From positions 43,524,001 to 43,588,000 of the forward strand of contig NC_135815.1 of the NCBI RefSeq assembly GCF_964213995.1: a stretch of 64,000 nt of DNA, in the 5' to 3' direction. Origin of the DNA: Mustelus asterias. Lineage: Eukaryota. Below the pieces are notes generated by a model. It was not told where the DNA came from. It did no database searches and worked only from the letters and a program-made list of their open reading frames with translations. Shown here one piece after another: positions 12,400 through 24,004 of the stretch (the stretch's first letter is position 1; every line of letters starts with the position of its first letter). The position numbers and the translations under genes were made by a program.

Positions 12400-13655
12400 T
12401 AGAGTCAAAGAGTCATAGAGGTTTACAGCAAGGAAACAGGCCCTTTGGCCCAACTTGTCCATGTCACCCCTTTTTTTTAAACTCCTAAGCTAGTCCCAAT
12501 TGCCTGCGTTTGGCCCATATCCCTCTATACCCATCTTACCCATGTAACTGACTAAACAGTTTTTAAAAGACAAAATTGTACCCGCCTCTACTTACTACTG
12601 CTGGCAGCTTGTTCCAGACACTCACCACCCTCTGTGTGAAAAAATTGTCCTTCTGGACCCTTTTGTATCTCTTCCCTCTCACCTTAAACCTATGCCCTCT
12701 AGTTTGAGACTCCCCTACCTTTGGGTAAAGATATTGTCCATCTAGCTGATCTATGCCCCTCATTATTTTATAGACCTCTATAAGATCACCCCTCAGCCTC
12801 TTACACGCCAGGGAAAAAAATCCCAGTCTATCCAGCCTCTCCTTATAACTCAAACCATCAAGTCCTGGTAGCATCCTAGTAAATCTTTTCTGCACTCTTT
12901 CTAGTTTAATAATATCCTTTCTATGATTGGGTGACCAGAACTGTACACAGTATTCCAAATGTGGCCTTACCAATGTATTGTACAACTTCAACAAGACGTC
13001 CCAACTCCTGTATTCAATGTTCTGACCAATAAACCAATCTCACCCTGTATCCCGTGAGATTTAACCTTATGCAACAACCTACAATGTGGTACCTTGTCAA
13101 AGGCCTTGCTAAAGTCCATGTAGACAATATCAACTGCATTGCCCTCATCTACCTTCTTGGTTACCCCTTCAAAAAACTCAATCAAATTTGTGAGACATGA
13201 TTTTCCACTCACAAAGCCATGCTGACTGTCCCTAATCAGTCCTTGCACCTCTAAATGCCTGTAGATCCTGTCTCTCAAAATACCTTCTCACAACTTACCC
13301 ACGACAGATGTGAGGCTCACTGGCCTGCAGTTCCCAGGCTTTTCCTTGCAGCCCTTCTTAAACAAAGGCACAACATTTACCACCCTTCAATCTTCAGGCA
13401 CCTCACCTGTGACTATTGATGATTCAAATATCTCCGCTCGGGGACCCGCAATTTCCTCCCTAGCTTCCCACAATGTCCTGGGATACACTTCATCAGGTCC
13501 CCGGGATTTATCTACCTTGATGCGCTTTAAGACTTCCAGCACCTCCTTTTCTGTTATATGTACACTCCTCAAGACATCATTATTTATTTCTCCAAGTTCC
13601 CTAACATCCATGCTTTTCTCAACAGTGAATACTGATGAGAAATATTCATTTAGGA
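12400..13655 (-). mobile_element. CR1 LINE with internal deletion near 13035
   Basis: The DFSKAFDKV segment (12988-13278) joins the C-terminal LVRPHLEYCVQFWSP segment. The PQG/ADD region is missing. Confidence 0.85.
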
Positions 13656-14097
13656 ACCTGATTTTAAAAAAAATTGTAAAATTTTAAAAATATATATATG
13701 TGTAACTAAAGGAGCTTGAGGCTGGCATTGGGCACCCACCGACCGGTAAGAGAGAAGGATATTTGTTTCATGTGGAGCAAACCATTCTTTTACATGAATT
13801 GAAATATTTGTCTTTCAAATGCTGAACTTAGGTATACCGTGTCCCTTCTTAGATTTAGTTTGCTTGAGTAGTTGCTACGTTATCGATTAAACCCAGCAGA
13901 AATTTGCAATAATCATTTCTTATTGACTTGCATATTTAGTTGTGAAAATGGACCTGCTTCACCGATTCCCCCTGAAAGTGAACCTTGGAATGAGACAGGC
14001 ACAATTTTTCTGGCACAAGCATTTGGCCATATTAGCAAAAATAACGGATAATTCCCTTACAGATGAAGGGAACATAAAAGGGGCCATATTTAATTTT

Positions 14098-14430
14098 TTA
14101 AAAATTCATTTATGGGACATGGGCATCGCTGGTTGGCCAGCATTTATTGCCCATTCCAAGTTGCCCTTGTTCAGTAGGCAGTTAAGAGTCAACCACATTG
14201 CTGTGGCTCTGGAGTCACATGTCGGCCAGACCAGGTAAGGACGGCAGATTTCCTCCCCGAAAGGAACCAGATGGGATTTTCCAACACTCGACAATAGTTT
14301 AATGGTCATCAGTAGATTCTTAATTCCAGATTTTTTATTGACTTTGTGCAGTTGTGGGATTCGAACCTGAGACCCCAGAACATTAGCTGAGTTTTTGGAT
14401 TAATGGTGTAGCGATAATACCAGTTGACCA
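14098..14430 (-). mobile_element. SacSINE1/DeuSINE-like SINE
   Basis: Near full-length reverse copy of 43515-43862, with B-box GGTTCGAATCCC and tail GGGCAATAAATGCTGGCC...CCCATAAATGAAT. Confidence 0.7.
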
Positions 14431-14488
14431 TCAACCGCGCCCCCCCACCCGCCCTCAAATATTCAAATTGGGCAATTATGCAATTATG

Positions 14489-14766
14489 GTGGCATGGTAG
14501 CACAGTGGTTAGCACTGCTGCTTCACAGCGCTGGGGACCTGGGTTCGATTCCCGACTTGGGTCACTGTCTGTGTGGTGTTTGAACATTCTCCCCGTGTCT
14601 GCATGGGTTTCCTCCGGGAGCTCCGGTTTCCTCCCACATTCTAAAAGATGTGCTGGTTTGGTGTATTGACCCGAACAGCTGCTGGACTGTGGCGACAAGG
14701 GGATTTTCACAGTAACTTCATTGCAGTGTTAATGTAAGCCTTACTTGTGACTAATAAATAAACTTT
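14489..14766 (+). mobile_element. HE1-like V-SINE (tail B)
   Basis: Head, B-box GGTTCGATTCC, tail TTGTGACTAATAAATAAACTTT. Confidence 0.85.
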
Positions 14767-16159
14767 ATGCAAGGGAAGAAAAGGGACAACTAATAATCAG
14801 TTCTGATCGGTTCCTTATTTAGATTCATCGACATTAGTGCATGGCAATGGGTAAAAGCATCTTACAAGTAATTATCTTTCAATACAAAGTTCCATTAGGT
14901 GGCTATAGGTAATAAAGCACAGCACGGAGACAGATTAACAGATTAGAAGTGAGTTTTGTATTTATAAACCCTACTAAAATTGTTTCACGCATTACTCTGC
15001 CCTTTGCCCTTAGAGTGATTCATAACATTTTTTCATGACATGTAAAGACAAACATCTTCAAGAATGCATTGATACTGTAAACAATGTGAGGTAATCGATT
15101 TACTGATAAACATATCAAAACAAACAGTGCAGAATGCTTCATGAAAATAATAACATTCGTAATCTGTAAATAATCTTTTTAAGACCAACAATCTCTGTGA
15201 CCGATTGGTTCCCTTGCTGTTTTTTGAAAAAACACAGTAGTTTTATCAAAACAAAAAATATTTATGATGATGTCCTACAAATGACATTATACCTTTACAT
15301 CATCTACCAGTCACGACTGGCCTTAGTCAAGCTTATGTGAAGCACAACAACTTGCCCTTATACTGCCTTTAACACAGTGAAACTGTGGTTTCAAACACTT
15401 CTCTGATCTGGGGAAATTGCATGAACAATTTAAACAGCCTCTTCAGTCCTCACGGACAGATCATTTCCTTAAAAGGTGGTTAACGAGGCTCCTATTGTTC
15501 AACATTTTAATATCTCACACCATGGCTTCACTACTGTAACATGGGCCTCCCTTTATCTGCAATTACCCCAGACCTGCCAACCCCTCAAACCACGTGTTCT
15601 TTCATTATCCTGCACTTAAAAATTATAATTTCCAGACTAAAAATGATCTCACAACACACTTGTTTGTAACGTCTGAAATGTTCTTTGAAATGTTCTGGTG
15701 AGTCCCTGTATCTGCTCGAGCGTGCTGCTGCCATCCTCACAGGGAAGGCAGAGGGGTCAGTGACCTGTCCGCACAAAGGCTACAACAGTTAGCAGGGCTA
15801 TAGTGGCAGTGCCACTGCATCTACAGAACGACAGGATGGTGGAGCAAAGAGGAGAAGGTCAGTGTCACCCCCTCTGTACGGTTGGAGCTGGACTCCTCCA
15901 TGCAGGTGGCAGAAACCTTTTTAATACTATGTTAGCATGTCCTGTGTGCTCATTAAAACACAGAAGGGGGTCCAGATTGAATTGTATCTTTGGAATTAGG
16001 TATGCAGCAAATGAGAAACATGTGCCTTGAGATTCATATCTGATCAAAGGTGGCATGAGCAGATGAGTTGTCTTTCCTGCTGGATTTAGACTGGCGTGGA
16101 GCTGTTTTTCTTGTGTGGGGAGTTCTGTTGAACCAGGTGAGAGGAGGCATAGAGGCATG

Positions 16160-16362
16160 GGTGGTATGGAGGCACAGCGGTTAGCACTGCTGCCTCACAG
16201 CACCAGGGACCCGGGTTCAATTCCAGCCTCAGGTCACTGTCTGTATGGAGTTTGCACATTCTACCCGTGTCTGCATGGGTTTCTTCCGGCAGCTCCGGTT
16301 TCCTCCCACAGTCCGAAAGATGTGCAAGATAGTTTGATTGGCCAGGCTAAAATTGCCCCTTA
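16160..16362 (+). mobile_element. HE1-like V-SINE, 5' half (3' half at 21961-22084)
   Basis: The SINE consensus ...AAATTGCCCCTTAGTGTCAGGGG... is split at TTA by the Harbinger element. Confidence 0.9.
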
Positions 16363-16651
16363 GGGCCCGATTTTACCATCAAGTTGCGCCCATTTTCAGG
16401 CGTGAAAACTTGGTAAAGTCGGGCATGAGGCGAGAATCGTGATCTGCGCCCACCTCCGAGCCTGTTACCCCTTTACCAAGGCTCAAAACTGGACGCGATT
16501 GGGATTGCGCCCAAGACGGGTGTGACGGCAATTTGAATGCATTTGCATGCATTTAAATTGAATTAATGGGCTGCACACCCCACTTTACCAGCATTTCCCC
16601 CTTTACCACCGCGTTCGTCAATCTTGAATCGGCGCGAAACAGACATGCTCC

Positions 16652-17115
16652 ATAAAAGTCTGATTTGGGCGCTCCATCAGTGAGGGTTAGTGAGGAGGTA
16701 AGTGCGTAGCATCCGACAGCTCTCTGCTGCTCACGGCTGTCTTCACATTGAGGTCATTGTCTGTGTCGGGTGGGTGGCGGCTCTGCGAGTTTGTGGGGGT
16801 GTGGGGAGGGGGGTATTGCTCAGCAGGGTCTCCGATGTCCGATTTGCAACACGGGCCCGGGTCTCAGCACTGATCTCGGGTCTTGCGGTGCTGCTGGGTC
16901 CTAGTGCACTCAGCTCATTCCAGCTGAAGGATGTGCACAAAGCCCTTGCAAATAGCACTGCGGCAGCCTCTCAACTTTGCAAGGAGCTGTGATTGTGGGG
17001 AGCATGTGGCTGGGGGAATTGGGGGGTATGGACAGTGATTGTTGATGTGCTAGGGGCAAGCAGCGTTCCTTAACCTCTACATGTGTTCCTCTCCATCTCC
17101 CCCTACCTCCTTCAG
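16652..17115 (+). promoter_or_regulatory. Putative transposase promoter (TATA-like), non-coding first exon and 5'-UTR intron
   Basis: ATAAAAG at 16652, donor GAG|GTAAGT at 16698, polypyrimidine tract and CAG acceptor ending 17115, ATG at 17125. Confidence 0.5.
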
Positions 17116-17124
17116 AGTGATGAG

Positions 17125-18265
17125 ATGGCTTTTGCAATGCAACCAATAGTTCTTGCTGTTCTTTTGGCTGCTGCTGGAGCTGAGGAGGAGGAGCTGGAGG
17201 AAGAAATGCGAGCACAGGAGGCCCAGGCCTTACCACTTGCAGGAGTAGAGGGAGACGACCATCAGAGGCAGGAGGTGGCCACCATTCACCCAGAGGCACA
17301 GGAGAAGGAGGGAGCAGAGACCCCAACAGTCCCGTCCATGAGTGTCATTTGAACAGATGTCGGATACCGTGTGCTGCCGACGTCTCTGACTCTGAAAGGA
17401 GACAGTGCAACACCTGTGCAACCTATTACAGGACCTGACACCTAGAGGCAGGTGGGGGCACCCACTCTCGGTGGCTGTCAAATTGAGGCCGCTCCGAACC
17501 TTTATGTGACTGGCTCCTTTCAGACCCTTAGCGGAGATGTATGTGGCATTTCCCAGTCAGTTGTGCACACCTATGTCAAGCAGGTCACAGAAGCCCTGTA
17601 TGCCCGGGCTGGGCAGTACATCAACTTTAACCTGGACCAGGCCATCAGGAAGCCCATCAGGGTTCGCAGCCATTGCGGGGATGCCCAACGTTCAGGCGGC
17701 CATCGACTGCACACACGTCGCCCTCAACGCCCCCCTACAGAATCCACAGTGATTCATCAACAGAAAGGGGTTTCACTCCTTGAATGTTCAATTAGTGTGC
17801 GACCACAACATGAACATTATGCATATCTGCGACAGACACCCAGGCAGCGTGCATGACAGCTTCATTGTCAGGACCTCGGACATCTCTGAGGCATTTGAGG
17901 AGGAGCCCAGCCTGCGGAAGTGGCTCGTGGGTGATATGGGTTACCCACTTTGGACATGGCTGATGACGCCTGTGCGGAGGCCTGTGTCTGAGACGGAGAC
18001 CCGCTATAATGAGGCCCATGTAGCCACCCGCGCGATAGTGGAGAGGTGCATTGGGCTCCTCAAAGTGCGATTCCGGTGCCTGGACCGATCTGGGGGGGCC
18101 CTCCAATACAGCCCAGTGATCTCATCCCGCACAGTGGTCAAATGCTGTGCCCTGCACAATCTGGTTCTACAGAGCCTCCTATTGGAGGAGGAGGACGACG
18201 TGGAGGCTGACCAGCCGGGCGTCACTGGGGAAGATGACTTGCAGGAGGAGAAGGAAGAGGAGGAG
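17125..18265 (+). pseudogene. Harbinger DDE transposase (HARBI1/DDE_Tnp_4-like), frameshifted
   Basis: GSFQTLSGDVCGISQS, AIDCTHV (D), NVQLVCD, PGSVHDS, GDMGYP (D), YNEAH...VERCIGLLKVRFRCLD (E), CCALHN. These motifs are spread over at least three frames. Confidence 0.92.
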
Positions 18266-18390
18266 GATCAGGCGGGTAAGTGAAACTGATCCACTTCAGA
18301 TCAGCCATGATCTTATTGAATGGCGGGGCAGGCTCGAGGGGCTAGATGGCCTACTCCTGCTCCTATTTCTTATGTTCTTATGTTCTTATG
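18266..18390 (+). mobile_element. CR1 3'-UTR fragment between the two Harbinger genes
   Basis: Near-identical to the reverse complement of 6714-6834. Ends in (TTCTTATG)3. Confidence 0.85.
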
Positions 18391-20205
18391 ATGGCCACTT
18401 GAGGCGGGGGCCACCTCTCAATGGCCGCAGCAAGTGCCCTCTGAGACTGGGTCCTGCTCTGCAACCCCTCAGTCATGACCCTCTGCGACTGGACCACGTT
18501 TTCGAGGGCTGCTGCCATAGCCCGCTGTGTCTCAGCAATATTCCGCTGGGTCTCCTGCAAGCTCTCAAGCCTCTCAGCCATGGGTCGCAGAACCTCGAGA
18601 ATCCTGTTCAGTCCCTCAGCTGTGGCCGGCTGTGACTCGGCCATCACTTGGAGCCTGCCACTCATGGTGAGGATTCCATGCCCCAGGCAGACGCCAGTGT
18701 TGCAGTGTTGGCCTGGGAAGCATGCAAGACAGGCAATAGCTGGTCTGCCTGAAAGCTTTGGGACTCCTCCCAGCAGCCTCGCAGTCGGTCCAGTGTGGCC
18801 ATCAGCCCCTCCTGCATTCCCTGGCTCTGTTGCTGCATCTCCAGCAGCTGAGGGAGAAGTGATCTCAGAGGCCCAGCATGTAGCCTGGGGCCAGCTGAGT
18901 CCTCACCTCCAGCAGGCTCCTGCATGTCAGAGGCCTTGGACGTTCCCTCCTCCACCCGATGTACATCAGCAGATGGGTCGTGCTCACCAGAGAGTGACCC
19001 AGAAACCTCACCACCAACTGGACCCACCGATGCATCAGTGTTTGGGATGGTGAGTTGTGAGGTGGAAGCTGGAGCCAAAACGGTGCCACCCTTGGCGTTC
19101 CCTTCACCCATATCCTCCGAGGACTCATTCAAGCTGTCGTGATCAGAATGGACGGGAGCTGAAGCCAGGGCCTGTGGTCCAGAAGGCCCCGGGGTGTCCG
19201 GAACTGTCCCTGGAACACAGGACACAAGGTTAAGTGCAAGGGAGGGAGAAGAATCCAGGATGCCAAACACATGGTTCACATTTCTCCATTGAATATAGAA
19301 CAAAGCATCAAGAAAATTACATTACAGGAACAAGCTGGTAGAGACCAGGCTGCCCATCTGATTTGTAACCCCCTATTCTTCTGGGGACCATATGCCTCTA
19401 TTCCCATCCCATTCACATAGCTGTAATGACGCCCTTAAAGGTCACTGTCATATCTGCATCCGCGACCTCCCCGGCAGCGATTTTCAGGCACCCACTACTC
19501 TCTCTGTGCAAATAAACGTGCCTCGTACATCTCCTTTAAACCTTGCCCCTCACACCTGAAACCCGTGCCCCCAAGAAGTTGCCTCAAAGTGATTAAAGGA
19601 ATGACAGGTGCTCGCACGTTGACAGCAGCCCGACATGCTGTCGCTGACAGCCCGCATCGCCCCTTCCCTTGACAGCTCCAGCACCCGCTCCTCAAAGGAG
19701 GTGAGGACCCAGAGGTCTGGCTCACCACCCCCTGTCTTCACCCTCTCACGGGTGTTATGGTCGGTCTTCTGTGGAGACAGAAGGGGCCATGAAAGAAATG
19801 ATGGCGTGACTCCTGGAGGGCAAGCGCAGTGGGGTTCTTGGGGGGATAGGAAGCAGGTGCTTGGAGGTCAGGAGCTGGAAACATGCAGGGTGCTGGGGAT
19901 GGGAGGATCTGGGGGAAGATGCAAAATGGGGCTCAGCACTCACGCTTGTTGCACGGATGAGGTCATTGACTTTTTTCCGGCACTGCTTCCCGGTTCGGAG
20001 GGGCCCTGCCCTGGCACTGACTGAGGTGGCGAGTTCCTCCCAGGCCACATTTCCATCAGCCCCTCTTGGTCTGTGTCCTCCTGGGGGGAAGAGGGTGTCG
20101 CACTTCGCCTCTGCTTCATCTAGTAGCCTCCCCAGGCTGCCTTCAGAGAATCGGGGGGCTGGCCGTGCGCACGTTTTGTGCAGGAATGCCTGCCTGCCTG
20201 TCCAT
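18391..20205 (-). pseudogene. Harbinger ORF2 Myb/SANT-like DNA-binding protein (NAIF1/Myb_DNA-bind_5 type), spliced and disrupted
   Basis: Exon 1 APRFSEGSLGRLLDEAEAKCDTLFP...AWEELATSVSA...RTGKQCRKKVNDL ends at a GTGAGT donor (19944). Exon 2 after a CAG acceptor (19768) reads KTDHNTRERVKTGGGEPD...LTSFEERVLEL. Exon 3 from about 19214 is acidic/Pro-rich then Gln-rich coiled-coil-like. Confidence 0.85.
19297..19570 (-). mobile_element. CR1 3' fragment in an intron of the Harbinger Myb gene
   Basis: Similar to the 3' ends of CR1 copies at 24590-25525 and 40135-40290. Confidence 0.7.
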
Positions 20206-20742
20206 TCTTGTGTTTTTAATGGAACTGTCCCTTGTTAGGGCAGATCAGCTGCAGGCAGTTTGGCAGAGCATTCCAGCAAGTTCCATGCAGTTTGCTTGTT
20301 AGCATTGATGGGAAGGGGGGTGATGGATGAGTGCCTCAATGATTGGGGACAGGGGAGAGAGAGGGAGGTGTCACACAGCCATCAGAGTCCGGAGAAGATG
20401 GGGGCCTTGTGCAGGAGGGTCCGGGGTGGGGGTGAAGGAGATCACTCTGTCTGATACCTAGGGTGGAGAGGGGAGGGTGGGTCTCTCTGCCTGAGATCAA
20501 TGAGGAGGGAGGGGGGGGTGTCCGCTGTCACTCTGCTTGAGATCGGGGGGGGGAAGGGGCAGGGGCTGTGATCAGTCTGGGTGGCGGGGGGTGGGGGAAT
20601 AAGGGGGTCATTAATGTTTTGGGTGTGGGGCAATGTCTGTAGGGGCCAGAGGAAGGCATTATCCAGCCCGGGAGGGATGTGGCAGAGAAGCGTTATTCTA
20701 TTTTTTTTGCGCGTGCGCATTGGAGGCGCCGATCGAGCTTTA

Positions 20743-21775
20743 ATTTTGATTTGATTTATTATTGGGGCATCTATTAGCATACAGTGAAAATAATTATTTC
20801 TTGGGTGCTATATAGAAAAAGCATACCGTTCATAGAGAAGGAAACGAGAGAGTGCAGAATGTAGTGTTAGTCATAGCTAGGGTGTAGAGAAAGATCAACT
20901 TAGTGCGAGGTAGGTCCATTCAAAAGTCTGACAGCAGCAGGGAAGAAGCTGTTCTTGAGTCGGTTGGTATGTGACCTCACACTTTTGTATCTTTTTCCTT
21001 ATAGAAGAAGGTGGAAGAGAGAATGCCCGGGGTGTGTGGGGTCCTTAATTATGCTGGCTGCTTTGCCGAGGCAGCGGGAAGTGTAGACAGAGTCAATGGA
21101 TGGGAGGCTGGTTTGCGTGATGGATTTTGCTACATTCACGACCTTTTGTAGTTCCTTGCAGTCTTGGGCAGAGCAGGAGCCATACCAAGCTGTGATACAA
21201 CCAGAAAGAATGCTTTCTATGGTGCATCTGTAAAAGTTGGTGAGAGTTGTAGCTGACATGCCAAATTTCCTTAGTCTTCTGAGAACGTAGAGGCATTGGT
21301 GGGCTTTCTTAATTATAGTGTCAGCATGGGGGGACCAGGACAGGTTGTTGGTGATTTGCACACCTAAAAACTTGAAGTTCTTGACCCTTTCTACTTTGTT
21401 CCCGTTGATGTAGATGGGGGAATGTTCTCCTTTAAGCTTCCTGAAGTCGATGACAAACTCCTTAGTCTTGTTGACATTGAGGGAGAGATTATTGTTGCCG
21501 CACCAGTTCACCAGATTCTCTATCTCATTCCTATACCCTGTCTCGTTATTGTTTGAGATCCGACCCACTATGATGGTGTCATCAGCAAACTTGAAAATCG
21601 AATTGGACGGGAATTTGGCCACACAGTCATAGGTGTATAAGGAGTATAGTAGGGGGCTGAGCTCGCAGCCTTGTGGGGCACCGGTGTTGAGGATGATCGT
21701 GGAGGAGATGTTGTTGCCTATCCTTACTGATTGTGATCTGTGAGTTCGGAAGTTCAGGATCCAGTGGCAGAGGGA
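20743..21775 (-). mobile_element. Rex1/Babar-clade LINE, 5'-truncated, nested in the Harbinger
   Basis: [63 protein letters not shown] (DUF1891-type C-terminus). AATAAATCAAATCAAA tail. Confidence 0.88.
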
Positions 21776-21960
21776 GTTACAGGATTTCGGGCGTGTTAAG
21801 CCTTGCTCACAGGCTTGTGCAGCGCAATTCGGAATCGCTGATACTTTTTCAGGCAGAGTGCGTATGGGGGCACCTGAGAATGGGTCTAAAAGTCAGATCT
21901 GAAACACTCCCATTTTAAAGTCCACACAGCACTTAGAATCAAAATGGTAAATTAGGGCCC

Positions 21961-22084
21961 TTAGTGTCAGGGGGATTGGCAGGCTAAATGTGTGGGGTTG
22001 CGGGAATGGGGCCTGGGTGGGGTTATGCTCAGTGCAGTCTCGATGGGCTGAATGACCTCCTTCTGTACTGTAGGGGTTCTATTG
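21961..22084 (+). mobile_element. HE1-like V-SINE, 3' half
   Basis: Continues the SINE at 16160-16362 (TTAGTGTCAGGGGG...CTGTAGGGGTTCTA). Confidence 0.85.
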
Positions 22085-22089
22085 AGGAC

Positions 22090-22560
22090 AGCTGGTGGAT
22101 GTGAAAGGGGAAAGGAGCATGGCTGACTGAGGAAGGGAGGTGACAGCCTGACAAAGGCTTATGTGGAATAGAGGGAGTAAGCTGAGCTACGCAAAGTATA
22201 ATGGTGAGGTCCTGAGAGTTGAGGTTAACTGAGGAAGAATTGAAGATGATGGATGGCAGGTTGAGGGCAATGGAGTTTTTGAGGTGGTGGGGGTGGGTGG
22301 GTGGGGGAGGGGCAATGCAATGTGCCTGATGGCTGACTGATGGTGACCAGGTGTGGGGGATTGGGGGGAGCTCTTGGGTGAATGACAGTTGGTCAAGCAT
22401 GGTGGGTTGAGGTTCATCAAAGGCAGGGCAAAGGCAATGAAGCAACACACCAGAAAGACCAGTGACATCCTCCTGACATCCAAATTCCAGTCAGAATGAG
22501 GCAAGATCTCTTGATTTCCATATGAAATATCACTGTGTGAGTGCCAGAACATCCAGAGAT
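22090..22560 (-). mobile_element. Old L2-like LINE endonuclease-region remnant
   Basis: Highly decayed; resembles the APE domain N-terminal region. Weak call. Confidence 0.35.
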
Positions 22561-22571
22561 TCTGAGTTAGT

Positions 22572-22790
22572 CATGATGTGGAGATGCCGGCGTTGGACTG
22601 GGGTGGGCACAGCAAGAGGTCTCACAACACCAGGTTAAAGTCCAACAGGTTTATTTGGTAGCACAAGTTTTCAGAACGCTGTTCCTTCATCAGGAGATGG
22701 ACTGATCACCTGATGAAGGGGCAGCGCTCCGAAAGCTTGTGCTGCCAAATAAACCTGTTAGACTTGAACCTGGTGTTGTGAGACTTCTTA
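22572..22790. mobile_element. Inverted pair of Penelope-type terminal repeats
   Basis: 22605-22694 and 22706-22790 are reverse complements separated by about 10 nt. Same repeat as 3796-3919. Confidence 0.75.
22707..22741 (+). ncRNA. Putative minimal type I hammerhead ribozyme
   Basis: CAC-CTGATGA-A-GGGGC-AGC-GCTCC-GAAA-GC-TT-GTG. Conserved CUGAUGA and GAAA boxes, 5-bp stem II, stem I CAC/GTG, palindromic AGCT stem III. Confidence 0.6.
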
Positions 22791-22851
22791 TTGTATTCAG
22801 GGATTCTGTACTCATCACAAACAGCCAGACTGATGCTGCTGGATGGCAGGT

Positions 22852-23040
22852 AGAAACATAAAAATAGAAGCAGGAGTAGGCCATTCGGCCCTTCGAGCCC
22901 GCTCTGCCATTCAACATGATCCTGGCTGTCCCTCTATCTCAACACCGTACTCCAGCGCACTCCCCATACCCATTGACACCTTTAGAGTCTACAAATCTAC
23001 CCGTGATTCGGCCTGCACAGTCCTCTGTGGTAGAGAGTTA
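22852..23040 (-). mobile_element. CR1 3'-UTR fragment
   Basis: AGAAACATA...GCAGGAGTAGGCCATTCGGCCCTTCGAG tail motif. Confidence 0.7.
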
Positions 23041-23774
23041 CAGTCAGCCAGCGACTTCCTGCCCATTCCCACAGCATGATTGGCTGGGGCTCTCATATCC
23101 GATTGGCTGGCTGTCACGTGATTGCACATGACTGGCCATTGTAACCATCACCATGAGAAACTGATTCTACTCTGAAGGTGCAGACAGCAGTGTGGGATCC
23201 ACTGACCCTATGGTACAATTGTGGAGATGAGGTGGGGGAGTCACACACTTACATGCTCTTCACCTCAATTTGCCATGGCAGTGGAGGAAAATAGGGCTAT
23301 CTAATTTCCAGCCAATCGACTTTACATTAAGCAAATTTGATCTTTTAGTCAATTATTAGTTAGAAAGGCATACATGTGACCATGTGACTAAGAGCACTGT
23401 TCAATGCAACACTGAGCTACAAGCATCAGGATGTTCTAAGCCATTGTTGGTGCTCATGTTACGAACAGGGAGACAATGGCTAAGACATGACAGTTAGTCT
23501 CCAGTTCTCTCAAACTAGTGAGCTGAGGGCAGCTGCTGCCGATGTATACTCCAGTTCCTGGGGTTTGGTACATGGATTTGATTTTGTTGCCTTTGTTTGA
23601 TGTTACCAACCTTACCTGGCTGGGGTGAAACCATGATCAGGCAGGGAAAGAGGCTAGCCCATTGTACGAGGAGTGTGCTGACACCTGCGATTATGGTTGG
23701 CCTTAGCCAGGGTAGAGTAAAAGATTGGGGTAGGCAATGAGGTTAAACCGAGGTTTTACCTGATGCAATTCTTG

Positions 23775-24004
23775 AAAGCATCTCAGCCTTTTGGCTAAGA
23801 TGAAGCGTTAGAGCAAGCCTGGGAGCGGGTGCAATGCCTCATCCTGTCAGCTTGGATCTTGTTTGATCGAGCCCAAGATGGGATGCAAAGTCTTGTCTTG
23901 TTAGCGTGGATCTTGTTTGACCCTAGTGGGGACCATGATTGGACGTAATTTGAATTGGCTTTGCTGATTAGAAATAAAGTACCGAAAGGTACCAATAAAA
24001 AAAA
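23775..24004 (+). mobile_element. U2 snRNA-headed retroposon (Keno/Utopia-like fragment or U2-derived SINE)
   Basis: GCATCTCAGCCTTTTGGCTAAGATGAAGCGT matches the U2 5' end (GCTTCTCGGCCTTTTGGCTAAGATCAAGTGT). It is followed by a ~200-bp body, a GTACC-GAAA-GGTAC hairpin, AATAAA and poly(A). Confidence 0.65.

Larger units (their letters stand above)
16363..21960 (+). mobile_element. Full-length PIF/Harbinger DNA transposon (disabled)
   Basis: 17-bp TIRs GGGCCCGATTTTACCAT / rc GGGCCCTAATTTACCAT (15/17). TTA TSD at 16360-16362 and 21961-21963. Contains a transposase and a convergent Myb/SANT gene. Confidence 0.93.

Noticed and set aside
17125-20205. Domesticated HARBI1/NAIF1 host genes
   Set aside because: Frameshifts and stops, TIRs and TSD still present, and inserted into a young SINE. 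This is a transposon copy.
23340-23730. Possible ancient SINE or conserved repeat
   Set aside because: Only a vague resemblance and no second copy in the window. It needs a Dfam search.
23775-23811. Functional U2 snRNA gene
   Set aside because: Only about 34 nt of the 5' end, with mismatches. No Sm site or 3' stem-loops.
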